Positions 29,421 to 39,700 of a stretch of 50,740 nt of DNA are shown piece after piece. The notes below the pieces were generated by a model. The model did no database searches, had not been told where the DNA came from, and saw only the letters and a program-made list of their open reading frames with translations. The stretch spans positions 1-50,740 of IMG/VR virus record IMGVR_UViG_3300033067_001948. The stretch is one strand, 5' to 3'. This stretch comes from a virus. Taxonomy: Duplodnaviria; Caudoviricetes. Both the position numbers and the translations under genes were made by a program. Every line of letters starts with the position of its first letter. The first letter of the stretch is position 1.

Positions 29421-30278
29421 GTGACTTACGGCGAGATCCGTCTATTTCTCACTCAGTGGGCGCCCGGGACGCCACTGAACCTGATCAGCGGTTGGATACA
29501 GGACCGCTATAGCGAGATTCTCGGCCGGCTGATGTGGACCCGCCAGAAAGCACAGATCGTGCTGCAGGCGGCTGCGAGCTACGCAACGGGAACCGTGGCA
29601 GTGACTGCCGGCGGTACCGAACTTGTTGGCACCGGGACAACCTGGACCAGCGACATGAACGGCCGCCTGATTCGCATTAACGAGCAGGCGGCTTTCTACA
29701 CGTTCACGTTTGTGGATGCGACAAACGCGACGATCGACCGGGCGTATGAAGGCGAGACTGAATCGGGACTCAGCTACCGCATCGACCAGAACCTGATCTA
29801 TCTCCCTCCGGAGGCGCGCGCCGTCGAACAGGTGCGCCGTATGGATCCGCCCGGCGTCCTCACCAGGTGGGACACGCTCACGAGCGGCGAGGACATGCCC
29901 AACCGGGCGAGCTATGGCACTCCGCTGCACTGGCTGCAGCACATGGATAGTCAGACGGAGTATCCGGTTATCCAGCTGGAGTTACTCCCTATTCCGGAGC
30001 TGCTATCGAGCTACCCGATCACTTACTGGTACGAGGATGTTCCTCCGACGGCAACGGCGACGACGCTGCTGCCCTGGATGCAGCCAGGTGCGATCAAAGC
30101 GGGCGTGCAGGCCGACATCTCCGGCTGGCAGAAAGACTATACCGGTCAAGCGCTGTGGGAGAAGAAATTTGAGGATCGCGTGCTCCAGATGCAGGCGAAC
30201 GACCATCAGCGCAAGGGACAGACGCACATGCGCCTCTCTCCGTGGATGGTGCGCATGAGTAGGAGCTGTGACGACTAA
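29421..30278 (+). CDS. head-tail adaptor/tail ring protein 1 with inserted beta domain
   Basis: MTYGEIR helical start, YLPPE...V, GTPLHW, LELLPIP; insert GTVAVTAGGTELVGTGTTW. Confidence 0.7.
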   Translation: MTYGEIRLFLTQWAPGTPLNLISGWIQDRYSEILGRLMWTRQKAQIVLQAAASYATGTVAVTAGGTELVGTGTTWTSDMNGRLIRINEQAAFYTFTFVDATNATIDRAYEGETESGLSYRIDQNLIYLPPEARAVEQVRRMDPPGVLTRWDTLTSGEDMPNRASYGTPLHWLQHMDSQTEYPVIQLELLPIPELLSSYPITYWYEDVPPTATATTLLPWMQPGAIKAGVQADISGWQKDYTGQALWEKKFEDRVLQMQANDHQRKGQTHMRLSPWMVRMSRSCDD

Positions 30279-31015
30279 TGACGGCCGGAGATCTGAAGAC
30301 TCGACTGTTCAAGCGGCTCGGTGAGGATTCCTCCGCTCCGACCTATTACACGAACTCAGAAGTATTGAACGCGCTGAACGCGGCCGAACGGCTCTTCTGT
30401 CTGATCACGCTATGTCTCGAATCGACGGCCGTGCTCACGCTCAGCGCAGGCGTTGCCTGGTATCTTCCGCTCTCGACGCTTTCCAACTGGCTGCTTCCGC
30501 TCCGAATGCGGATCACGGGAGGAGCAAAGCTCGAGCCTGCCCGTCTCGAAGAGCTGGACGCGTTGAGTCTGACGTGGGAAGAGACGGCCGGAACACCTTC
30601 GCGCTACTGCTCGCTCGGCTGGAATCTGCTCGCTTTTTATAAGCAGCCGGCATCGGGCGGCACAACGATCGACGTGACCTATGCGCGCGGGCCTGCAGCG
30701 ATGACGACGGACGCATCGACGCCGGAGATTCCCGAAGAGTATCAGCCGTGCCTGGTCGAATGCGCGATTCCATTTCTTCGCATCAAAGAGGGTGGCCAGG
30801 AGTTTACAAAGAGCCTCTACCACTTCGATTCCTTTCTGAAGGACGCGGCCAAGATGGCGCTGTTTGTGCGCGCGCGCAACCTCTCGCAGCGCTATGACAA
30901 GCTACCCTTCGAACTCGAAAGTTTCGACCGGTCGAAGCTGCTCAAGCTGGCAATGAAGCAGCAGAAGCCTGCGGCGCTCGACATTCCCCAGGCAGCGGAG
31001 ACCAGTGGCGGATAA
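30278..31015 (+). CDS. head-tail adaptor/tail ring protein 2
   Basis: MTAGDLKTR...LNALNAAER, GTPSRY, PEIPEEYQPCLV. Confidence 0.75.
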   Translation: MTAGDLKTRLFKRLGEDSSAPTYYTNSEVLNALNAAERLFCLITLCLESTAVLTLSAGVAWYLPLSTLSNWLLPLRMRITGGAKLEPARLEELDALSLTWEETAGTPSRYCSLGWNLLAFYKQPASGGTTIDVTYARGPAAMTTDASTPEIPEEYQPCLVECAIPFLRIKEGGQEFTKSLYHFDSFLKDAAKMALFVRARNLSQRYDKLPFELESFDRSKLLKLAMKQQKPAALDIPQAAETSGG

Positions 31016-32294
31016 CACACCAATCACACCAGGCAGCGGCGTAGACATTGCGTCCGACGACGTCGGAGGAGTGCAGTTTCAGCGCGTAAAGATCGACATG
31101 GGCGGCGATGGCGCTTCGCTTCCCGCCTTCGGCGACGCGACGTATGGACTCGGCGTTGATGTGAAGCGCGTGGGCGGAAACGTCACTGTAGTGCAAGGCA
31201 CCGGCTCGAATTTGAAGGTGGACGCGAGCGGCTATGCTGTTCCTGTCACCGACAATGGCGGGTCGCTCACGGTGGACGCTGCCAGCCTTCCTCTACCAAC
31301 GGGAGCGGCCACCGAAGCGACTCTCGCCGGCATTAGGACCGGTACCGACAAGATTCCCGCGGCGCCGGCAGCCGAGCACGTGACGGCCGCCTCTCCCCAT
31401 GCGGCCAGGCTGAGCGATGGCAGCGCCTTCTACGATGCAACGAAGACCGGCCAACTCCCGACAGCGCTCACCGGCAGCGGAAATCTGAAGGTCGCGATCG
31501 TGGAGGCCTCCGCAACGGTTCCTGTCAGTGATGGGAGCGGTAGTCTGACGGTGGACGCTCCAGTCGGAACACCGGTGTTTGTGCGCATCTCGAACGGCTC
31601 AGCGGCCGTCGATGCTTTGCCTGTCACCGACAATGGCGGAAACCTCTCGATCGATGACGGCGGAAACTCGATCACTGTCGATGGCACGGTGACCGCGAAT
31701 CAGGGGACGCCTGCGGTTGCGTCGAACGCATGGCCCGTGAAGGTGAGCGACGGCACATCGTCCGTAGGAATTACGGACGTGGGCGGCGCGAAGTGTCTAA
31801 AGGTCGACGTCGTACAGCAGACCGTTCCGACGTCGAACCTGTTCTATGTCTCGGGTGTCGCTGTGGCGGTCGCGGCTTCGGCCGAAACAGCCAGCGGTGT
31901 TCAGCGCGTTGCGATCGTGGATGAGGCCGGAACCTACTTCAAGGAAGCGAACCCGCTTCCCGTGCGTTCCACCTATCCGGAGCACACCAGGCTGAAGAAG
32001 AGCATCGCCCTGAGTGCGAGCCAGACGGACATCGCCATCATCACGCCCACGTCGGGCAAGCGCTTCGTGTTGCTGAACGTGACGATCACGATCATCACCA
32101 GCGGCGCCCTGGCCGTGTTCGACAACTCGAACTCCGACACGAACATGATCTATCAGGGAACTCCTCCCGTGGGCGCCATCATCCCGCTGCACTTTGAACC
32201 AGGTCTGCCATCTGAGGCGATCAACAGTGTGCTGCGATACACGAGCGGATCCGGCCTGACCGGCCACCTGGTGCTCTTCGGCTACGAGGTGTAA
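31005..32294 (+). CDS. fibre-like structural protein
   Basis: repeated PVTDNGGSLTVD-type units; LPLPTGAATEATL. Confidence 0.7.
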   Translation: MADNTPITPGSGVDIASDDVGGVQFQRVKIDMGGDGASLPAFGDATYGLGVDVKRVGGNVTVVQGTGSNLKVDASGYAVPVTDNGGSLTVDAASLPLPTGAATEATLAGIRTGTDKIPAAPAAEHVTAASPHAARLSDGSAFYDATKTGQLPTALTGSGNLKVAIVEASATVPVSDGSGSLTVDAPVGTPVFVRISNGSAAVDALPVTDNGGNLSIDDGGNSITVDGTVTANQGTPAVASNAWPVKVSDGTSSVGITDVGGAKCLKVDVVQQTVPTSNLFYVSGVAVAVAASAETASGVQRVAIVDEAGTYFKEANPLPVRSTYPEHTRLKKSIALSASQTDIAIITPTSGKRFVLLNVTITIITSGALAVFDNSNSDTNMIYQGTPPVGAIIPLHFEPGLPSEAINSVLRYTSGSGLTGHLVLFGYEV

Positions 32295-32297
32295 CCC

Positions 32298-32948
32298 GTG
32301 AGCCTGTTACTGCTCTTCCGCACACCCGCGGCAGGGACGGGAATTGATGTTTCCGACGTTCTCAAGAGCCTGCTTCCCGCGCTGCAGGCGGAGAGCTTCA
32401 ATCAACTCGACTTCTGGACCGAAACCGAGCTGTATCAGTTTGCGGATGAAGCGGCGAAGCGCCTGGCTCGCGAGGTGGGCGGGTTCATTGTGCGCAGCTC
32501 CTTTGCGGTTGTCGCGAACACGGCCGAATACAGCGTGCCAGCCCGGCACATGGCGACGATCCGGGTCAGCCTGGCGGGCGAGGCGCTCTCGGTGTCCAAT
32601 TTTGAGGAGATCGACGCGCTTGATGAGGACTGGCCGACGACGGCGGCCGACTATTGCGATCGCGTCTTCCATCCCACGCTCGAAACGCTGCGGCTCTACC
32701 CGATACCCAACACAGAGGTGAGCGGTAGCGTTGCGATCGTCTTTGCGCGGTATCCGGCGGAGATCACCGCGGCCGCGGCGATCGTATCGGCTCCTCTGTG
32801 CCTGCGGGACTACTTCACGTGGAGTGTCCTGGCGGCCGCCAGGGAGCGCGAGAGCGAGGCGGCGATGCCAGAGGTAGCGCAGTGGCTCGGCGGCGTGGTG
32901 GGCCTCTATACGCAAATGATGAAGGGTTATTGGGGCGGCACGCAGTGA
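32298..32948 (+). CDS. head-tail adaptor/tail ring protein 3
   Basis: FWTETELYQFADEAAKRL, EYSVP, LRLYPIP. Confidence 0.7.
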   Translation: MSLLLLFRTPAAGTGIDVSDVLKSLLPALQAESFNQLDFWTETELYQFADEAAKRLAREVGGFIVRSSFAVVANTAEYSVPARHMATIRVSLAGEALSVSNFEEIDALDEDWPTTAADYCDRVFHPTLETLRLYPIPNTEVSGSVAIVFARYPAEITAAAAIVSAPLCLRDYFTWSVLAAARERESEAAMPEVAQWLGGVVGLYTQMMKGYWGGTQ

Positions 32949-33211
32949 CGCGGATACTGCTCATCCTGGCAGCCTGGACCCTGCTCGAAGCTACCCCCGC
33001 ACCTCCCAATTTGGAGCGGCTCAATTCCTTCGCCGAGCAGTACAACCTCTATGTGCAGCGGCTCAAGGAAGGGAAGCAGGACCTCGAACAGTGGGGACGT
33101 GTGCTGAGGGCCTGGCAGCGAGTGGCGAAGGGGCAATCTGCAGAGTGTGCCGTTCAAGAAAGACACCCAGAGAATCCTAGCCGGATCGTTGAATCTTCTC
33201 CCACCAGGTGA
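32945..33211 (+). CDS. small exported protein
   Basis: MTRILLILAAWTLLEA leader; GTGA overlap. Confidence 0.55.
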   Translation: MTRILLILAAWTLLEATPAPPNLERLNSFAEQYNLYVQRLKEGKQDLEQWGRVLRAWQRVAKGQSAECAVQERHPENPSRIVESSPTR

Positions 33212-35348
33212 CCTGATACCGGAAGGAGACTCGCTCCAGCTGCAGAACTGGCGCGTCGACCAGGCGGGGCAACTGCGATCACGCCGCGGGATGTCGGCAG
33301 ACTCGCCGGCGATTGCCTACAGGCCGATCCGAAAGCTTTTTCGCGCGGCGAATGACCGCTACGCCTATGCGGGCGACAGCGTCCTGCACGGAGCAAATCT
33401 TTCCACTGTGGTATTCAACGGCGCGGGCGGCGGCCTGGCGGGCTTTGTGTCGATGAATCAGCGCACCTGGTTCATGAACGCGTTCAAGCAGCAGTGGATG
33501 GCGGGCGTTACGACCGGACAGATGGGCATTTCGGCGCCGTCGTCCGCTCCATCGGTGGGCATCCCTTACGGCGCCGGACCTGGCTCCGGGGTGCTGAACT
33601 CCGGCGACTCGGGTTTTCAATACTACGTCACCTACTCGAATGTTTACGGCGACGAGAGCGCACCGTCTCCGATTTCGGATCCGATCATCGCCATCAATCA
33701 GCCGGTTTTGGTAGGGCTTCCTGCTTCCCCGGACTCCCAGGTGATCTATTGGAACATCTATCGAATAGGCGCCGGCGTGAACAGCCCGCTGCGGGTCGCA
33801 CAGGTGTATGGCGCCAGCAGTTTTTACGACAACGTCTCCGTTTCGCAGCAGCAGACCGATTTCATCGAGATGCCGCTGGACAACGACATGCCACCGGCCG
33901 CCTATGGCCTGGCTGGTCCGTTTCTCGGCCGCCTCATCGCCTTTCGGTCCATCGTGCAGCCCGGCCGTTACTGGTGGAGTAAGCCCGGGCAGCCGCACGC
34001 CTGGCCGGGTGCGCTCGATGATTTTGAGGGGAACTGGGAAGACGCCGGCGACGTGCGTGAGGCGATTCTGGCCGCCACACACGCAGGCCGCATGCTGCGG
34101 CTCTACAAAGAGAAAGGGATCTGGCGCGTCGATGGTGATCCCGACACAAACGATGTCGAGCGCACCAATGCCGATGTCGGACTCGTCGGGCCTGACGCGA
34201 TTGCTTCCCGCGGCGCGGTGGACTACTTCCTTGGTCCGGAGGGTATCTACGCATTCAACGGCGATCGCACGGAGTTAATCAGCCATCGCATTGCACCGAT
34301 CTTCAAAGGCGAGTACACCCGTGTCGGCGATGTTTACGTGCCACCGATCAACATTGTGGCTGCCTCACTCTCGGTGATGGCGCAGCGGTTTGGCCGATTG
34401 TATTTCAGCTATCCGAGCATCACATCCGAACCGGACACCACGCTGGTGTGCGACCTCGATAGCGGCCGCTGGTACACACACAAGCTCAGCGACAGCCTGC
34501 CGGCGACCGGATTCGCCGGATTGTACGACGAGGGAACCACGAGCGTCTTGCTTGGCTCCGTGAGCGGCGCGAGCACCTCGACGCTCTATCGGCTTGAGGA
34601 AGGGAATCGCGACGGTACCGCGGCGATCCCGCTCATCTGGCAGAGCCGCCAGGCCGATCAGGGCTTGCCCGATAACGAGAAGGTGTATCAGGACCTGGTC
34701 ATCGACTACCAGACGGCCGATGCGAACGAATCCGCCAGCTCGCTCACCGTCAAGGTGATCTATAAGAACCAGTTTGTGGACAACGTCGTTGAACCCGTAG
34801 GGACGATCCAGTCCGGCGATCGCGTCCGCAAGACGTTCTCACTTGGCGGCTACCCGGGCCTCATGGCCTACAACCTGGCTGTGCGCATTGAAGGCGATGT
34901 GACCTCCACCGTGCGGATCTATGAAGCGACGCTGCACTACTATGTCGAGCCGCGGCGATCGCGCCACTGGGACTCCGGATGGCTCGATCTCGGCACGCGC
35001 AATTTCAAGGAACTGCTCGCCCTCGAATTCGACATTGAGTCTGATGATGCGGTGGACTTGGGCATCCATAACGACGATGTTTTCTTCAACCAGGCAGCCG
35101 CGAATACCATCACCGCTTCCACGATTCGCCGGCGCGTCTACCTGCAGAACGAAACGCAGCCGCCCACTCTCTACAATGCAAGTCAGAAAGGCATCAACGG
35201 CCGTAAGTTTCGCTTTACGCTCGCCGTGAACGAGGGGAAGTACTTCAAGCTGTATGGCGCCCGGGTGAAGGTGCGGCCTCTCGGAACGCTGATCGACGGT
35301 GACACGAAGGAGTTCTGGGTTCCGACTCCCCTATCGCCGGGCAATTAG
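33147..35348 (+). CDS. tail nozzle/stabilisation protein (P22 gp10/T7 gp12-like)
   Basis: LQNWRVDQAGQLRSRRG start, YWWSKPGQPHAW, VGLVGPDAI beta-propeller-type motifs. Confidence 0.75.
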   Translation: MPFKKDTQRILAGSLNLLPPGDLIPEGDSLQLQNWRVDQAGQLRSRRGMSADSPAIAYRPIRKLFRAANDRYAYAGDSVLHGANLSTVVFNGAGGGLAGFVSMNQRTWFMNAFKQQWMAGVTTGQMGISAPSSAPSVGIPYGAGPGSGVLNSGDSGFQYYVTYSNVYGDESAPSPISDPIIAINQPVLVGLPASPDSQVIYWNIYRIGAGVNSPLRVAQVYGASSFYDNVSVSQQQTDFIEMPLDNDMPPAAYGLAGPFLGRLIAFRSIVQPGRYWWSKPGQPHAWPGALDDFEGNWEDAGDVREAILAATHAGRMLRLYKEKGIWRVDGDPDTNDVERTNADVGLVGPDAIASRGAVDYFLGPEGIYAFNGDRTELISHRIAPIFKGEYTRVGDVYVPPINIVAASLSVMAQRFGRLYFSYPSITSEPDTTLVCDLDSGRWYTHKLSDSLPATGFAGLYDEGTTSVLLGSVSGASTSTLYRLEEGNRDGTAAIPLIWQSRQADQGLPDNEKVYQDLVIDYQTADANESASSLTVKVIYKNQFVDNVVEPVGTIQSGDRVRKTFSLGGYPGLMAYNLAVRIEGDVTSTVRIYEATLHYYVEPRRSRHWDSGWLDLGTRNFKELLALEFDIESDDAVDLGIHNDDVFFNQAAANTITASTIRRRVYLQNETQPPTLYNASQKGINGRKFRFTLAVNEGKYFKLYGARVKVRPLGTLIDGDTKEFWVPTPLSPGN

Positions 35349-35354
35349 CCCGAT

Positions 35355-35687
35355 GTGCAGGGAGTAACTCAGTTCAAAGACGTGACGCTCGAATACGCGT
35401 CCACTGTTCCGTTCAGCGTGAACGTGTTGACGGATATGCCCGGCGATAGCCTTGGCATTCGGAAGTCGCTCACGTTTCCGGCGACCGGAGGAACCACGCA
35501 GCGCAACAAGATCACCCTGCCTCTCGATGGCGTCGAGGGGAAGCTGATCAAGTTCGCCGGCACGCTGCCTTCTGGCGGTGCCGTAGTGCTGTTTGCCGGC
35601 TCGTATCGAGCGCGCATCGTCGGCACGTATCTCGATGGCAGCCGCGGCGACTTTTGGGAAGTGGGCCCGCTCAGCCCGGGAGCGTAG
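35355..35687 (+). CDS. small paralogue of the nozzle C-terminal domain
   Basis: VGTYLDGSRGDFWEVGPLSPGA vs LGTLIDGDTKEFWVPTPLSPGN. Confidence 0.7.
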   Translation: MQGVTQFKDVTLEYASTVPFSVNVLTDMPGDSLGIRKSLTFPATGGTTQRNKITLPLDGVEGKLIKFAGTLPSGGAVVLFAGSYRARIVGTYLDGSRGDFWEVGPLSPGA

Positions 35688-35690
35688 GCC

Positions 35691-36302
35691 GTGGGCTTTG
35701 AGACGCTCTGGCTCTTCCGTTATCTCGAACTCGATTGCGACACGGACGCACCCGTCAACCTGAACGTTCTCACTGACAAGCCTGGCGACGTCATTTACGT
35801 GAAGCGCAGCCAGTCTTTCAACACAGAGGACACGACGACGGGGCGACGCACGGTGCGGATCCGCTTTCCTGGCTTCGCTAAGGGAAGGCTCCTGCAGGTG
35901 CGGATGGAACCGCTCGGTGTGATGCGCCTATACGGTGCGCGAGTCTATGCCAAGAAGCTCGGGGTGCGCGCACAGTGGGCCTGGTACGCGCTGCCGGTAG
36001 TTCCGACACCCGATCTATGGAGCACGTTCGGCATTCCCATTCCGGGCGTGCAGGACCTCTGGAGCGATGCGCCGATCCCGATCGAGGGAACACCGGACTT
36101 GTACGCAAGCGCTCCGATTCCGATCCCCGGAGTTTCGGAGGCCTGGTCGGAGGCTCATCTTCCTATCGCGCCCACTCCGGAGGAATACGCCTCAGCGCGG
36201 CTGCCGATCGCTCCGACGGCTGAGGAGTGGGGCACTATCCGGCTCCCGATCGCAGAGACACCCGTCGAGGGTATCTGGGTTGATCTGCCGGTGGAGGACT
36301 GA
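35691..36302 (+). CDS. nozzle-domain paralogue with 14-aa Pro-rich repeats
   Basis: LYGARVY motif shared with the nozzle; seven [LI]P[IV]xx[TV]xxx[WY]-type units. Confidence 0.7.
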   Translation: MGFETLWLFRYLELDCDTDAPVNLNVLTDKPGDVIYVKRSQSFNTEDTTTGRRTVRIRFPGFAKGRLLQVRMEPLGVMRLYGARVYAKKLGVRAQWAWYALPVVPTPDLWSTFGIPIPGVQDLWSDAPIPIEGTPDLYASAPIPIPGVSEAWSEAHLPIAPTPEEYASARLPIAPTAEEWGTIRLPIAETPVEGIWVDLPVED

Positions 36303-36778
36303 TGCGAAGAGGCAGTGGCATCAATTTCGAGATCCCGCCCAACACTCCACCGCAAGAGATGGAACGGGTACTGAACGCGATCTTTCGTAAGATCGCTGCG
36401 CAGTTTTCGCAGCTAAGCACCTCGACATCGAGCGGAGGAAGTAGCGGAAGCGGCGGCAGTAGCGGCGGTGGCAGCAGTGGGGGTGGAAGCGGCGGGAGCG
36501 GCGGCGGGACGGCCGAAGGATTTATCTCCAGGCGCGTGCTCATCACCGATGATCCGCACGGCATCGGCGTTCCTGTTCCCTCTACACCTACTCTCCTGGC
36601 GCTTCTGCTCGAGCAGGATGATCCGGGCGGACACTTCATCTACTGGGGCGCGGAGTTCGTTGACGCTCCGGATCCGGCCGGACTACCGAGAAGCCAACGC
36701 GCGAAGGTTCTCATTCTTTTTTGTTCGAGCGAGGACGGGACGGCCTGGCTACAGGCAGCCCCCATGCAAGTCACATGA
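36302..36778 (+). CDS. tail protein with Gly/Ser linker
   Basis: N-terminal helix, SSGGSSGSGGSSGGG linker, QDDPGGHFIYWG. Confidence 0.65.
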   Translation: MRRGSGINFEIPPNTPPQEMERVLNAIFRKIAAQFSQLSTSTSSGGSSGSGGSSGGGSSGGGSGGSGGGTAEGFISRRVLITDDPHGIGVPVPSTPTLLALLLEQDDPGGHFIYWGAEFVDAPDPAGLPRSQRAKVLILFCSSEDGTAWLQAAPMQVT

Positions 36779-39700
36779 TTCGGATTCTTCTCTGGCTACT
36801 ATTGGCGAACCAGGCGGCGGCGCAAAGCATCACACGCGTGCAGACGCTCGAAGTGTCCGCACCTTCGGCGACGGAAGGCGGGCGGATCCGCTTCCGCGAT
36901 GCGGCGAACCCGTCGCACTCGCTCACGATCCTTGCGCCGGCGTCCTTTCCTTCGCAGACCTGGCGGCTGCCGGCCACGCAGGCGGCCGGGCCACTCTGTA
37001 ACGATGGTCTCGGTAATTTGACCTGGTCCGGATGCGGCGGAGGCGGCGGCGGTACCGGCGACTTCTCGACCAACACGACGACATCGGCCGCCGGCGAAAT
37101 GGTTGTGTACGCGGACACCACGGGGAAGCTCGGCGGGCGATCGCTGTTTATTCTCGCTGGACCTGCGACGACGGCTAAAACGTACACCTTTCCAAATCAG
37201 AATTCCACGATGGCCGCGATCAACAACGTGCAGACCTGGTCTGCGGCGCAAACGATCAACGGCGGCTTGCTGATCGTGGACAACTTCGGAAACGCGCAGC
37301 ACAACCATACCAACGGCGTGAACGGTGGACAGATCACCGACGCGGCGCTGTCGGCCGCGGTGACGGTCCCGAAGGGTGGTACAGGACAGACGTCTCTTTC
37401 GGCACATGGCGTGCTCATCGGCAACGGCACGAGCGCTGTGACTGTCAGCTCGGCCGGAACAAGCGGCTATTGCTTCGTCAGCAACGGCGCCTCGGCTGAT
37501 CCCACGTTTCAGATCTGCCCGACAGGCGGCGGCAACGTGGCGGTCTCCGGATCCACAACGAACGGAAACATACCGTACTGGTCAAGCACGGGCGGAACTC
37601 TTCACGCGACAGGCCTGGCTTACGGCCAGGCGGCGTCAGGCCTTTCACTCGTTCAACGCGACTCCGGAGGAGCCATCGTCATTGCAGGACTGACCGCAAC
37701 GACGGGAACGTTCACCAACATCGTCGCGATCACGCCGAGCACTGCAACAACTGCACTGGCCATTCGGCGAGGGACGCTCGGACAGACAGATCCGATCGCC
37801 ACGTTCAGCGATCAGAGCGGAAACGTACTGAGCAGCATCGACAAGGATGGGAAGTTTCCGGCGACCATGCTGTTGGGAACCGTCCCCATCGCCAATCTAG
37901 GAAGTTCAGGAACCCCCTCGAGCTCTACATTTCTGCGTGGAGATAATGTCTGGGCAACGCCTGCAGGCGCGGGCACCGTGACCAACACAGGAACGCTCAC
38001 GAGCGGACGCATCATCAAAGGCAACGGCGGCACGGATATCACCGTAGGTGATCTCACTGGCGTCGTGACCACGTCGGGCGGCATGACAACATCTTTCGCT
38101 TCCTCATCCGGAAGCGGCGCAGTGATTCTGCAAACCAATGCTACGCTCGCCTCGACTACCGTACTCAACGGCAAATTCAACTCGCTTTACGGCTCCACCA
38201 GTGCTGCACCAGTCATCGAATTTCTGAACGCGGTGGGCGATGTGAACTACCTCCAGGTGCAGTCGAACATCTCAGGACAGTCCGTCTACTTGACCGCTGC
38301 GGGTTCGGATGCCAACGTGAATCTCACGCTTGGGCCAAAGGGAAGCGGCAAGCTAATCCTAGGAGCTGTCGGGGCAGTCTCCATCAACGGCGGATCTGTC
38401 GGCCAGTTTCTCCGCACGGACGGCTTCGGCGGCCTGAGTTGGCAGACAGTCTCCGGTACCGGAACGGTGACAACCATCGAAACGACGCTCCCTATCGTCG
38501 GCGGTCCCATCAACACGTCCGGTTTTATCTCGTGTCCCACGTGTGTCACATCAGCCGCGGCTCTCACAGCGAACCGCATCATGCTCGGCAACGGCTCACA
38601 GGTTGCCACCACAATGACCAGTCTCGGCACGACAACACAGGTGCTGCACGGCAACGCGAGTGGCGTACCTAGTTGGGGTCCAGTTAGCTTGTCCAGCGAT
38701 GTTTCCGGCACCCTGCCAGTGGGTAACGGCGGTATCGGAACCATCACGCTGACAGCCCACGGTGTGCTCATCGGTAACGGCACGGGCGCGATCGCGGCCA
38801 CCACGGCCGGACTCGCCGGCCAGTGCCTGGTCTCAAATGGCGCGTCGGCAGACCCAACGTTTCAATCCTGTCCTGGATCCGGAGGGACGGGCGATGTTTC
38901 GGCCACTGGCGCTACCACCTCCGGACGCATCCCGTTTTGGAGCGTGACGAACAAGACCCTCGACGCGGTTGGATATGCGGTTTCGAGCACTACGAACACT
39001 GCATCGGCGATCATCATTCGCGATCCGCTGTCCGCCGCGGTGTTCTTTGACAAGGGCGGACAGACGATCAACGTGCGATCGTACGGCGCGGTGGGCGACT
39101 GCTCAACCAACGACGCCACGGCCATTCAGAACGCGATCAATGCAGCGCAGACTTCTTCGTCTGGAGTCACCGAAGTTTTGCTTGACGGAAGCTGCTTCGC
39201 GATCTCGAACGGACTCACGATCGGAAACGGTGTGGCGGACACTGGATCGTCGGCAGCAACTGAGTCCACCAGGCGGCAAATCATCATGCGCGGGCAAGGC
39301 GGCCGCGGCGTCGACTCGGCTCGAACCGGATCAACCCGTATCAAGTGGATCGGCGGATCCACTGGAACGGAACTCACCATCCAGGGTCCGATGAACCCCG
39401 GTCCGGTGCTGGAAAACATCACGTTTGACGGCAACGGCGGAAGCAACGTCACGGGCATCAACCAGATCAACGCTTCCCATTCGTACTGGAACAATATTTC
39501 CATCATCAACGCCCGTCTCGGTGTGAACATGACCGCGAACGCGCGCGGAAACGTGCCGTATGGAAACTGCGACAACTCGTACTACAACCTCACCATCAGC
39601 ACGACCGTTTCAGGCGGATCCGGAATCAACCTCGACGGCCTGGATGTGGGCACACCGACCGACTTAGATGATCCTAGTCACGGTGGTTCGTACTCGAACA

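Noticed and set aside
35346-35691. In-frame TAG stops between consecutive genes (35348, 35687; also 15202, 29405, 40925) suggesting amber readthrough or recoding
   Set aside because: Most downstream starts have their own signals (GGCAA motif at 35340, 29406, 40927; GGAG before 35691), conserved genes are not interrupted by TAG, and no suppressor tRNA was seen
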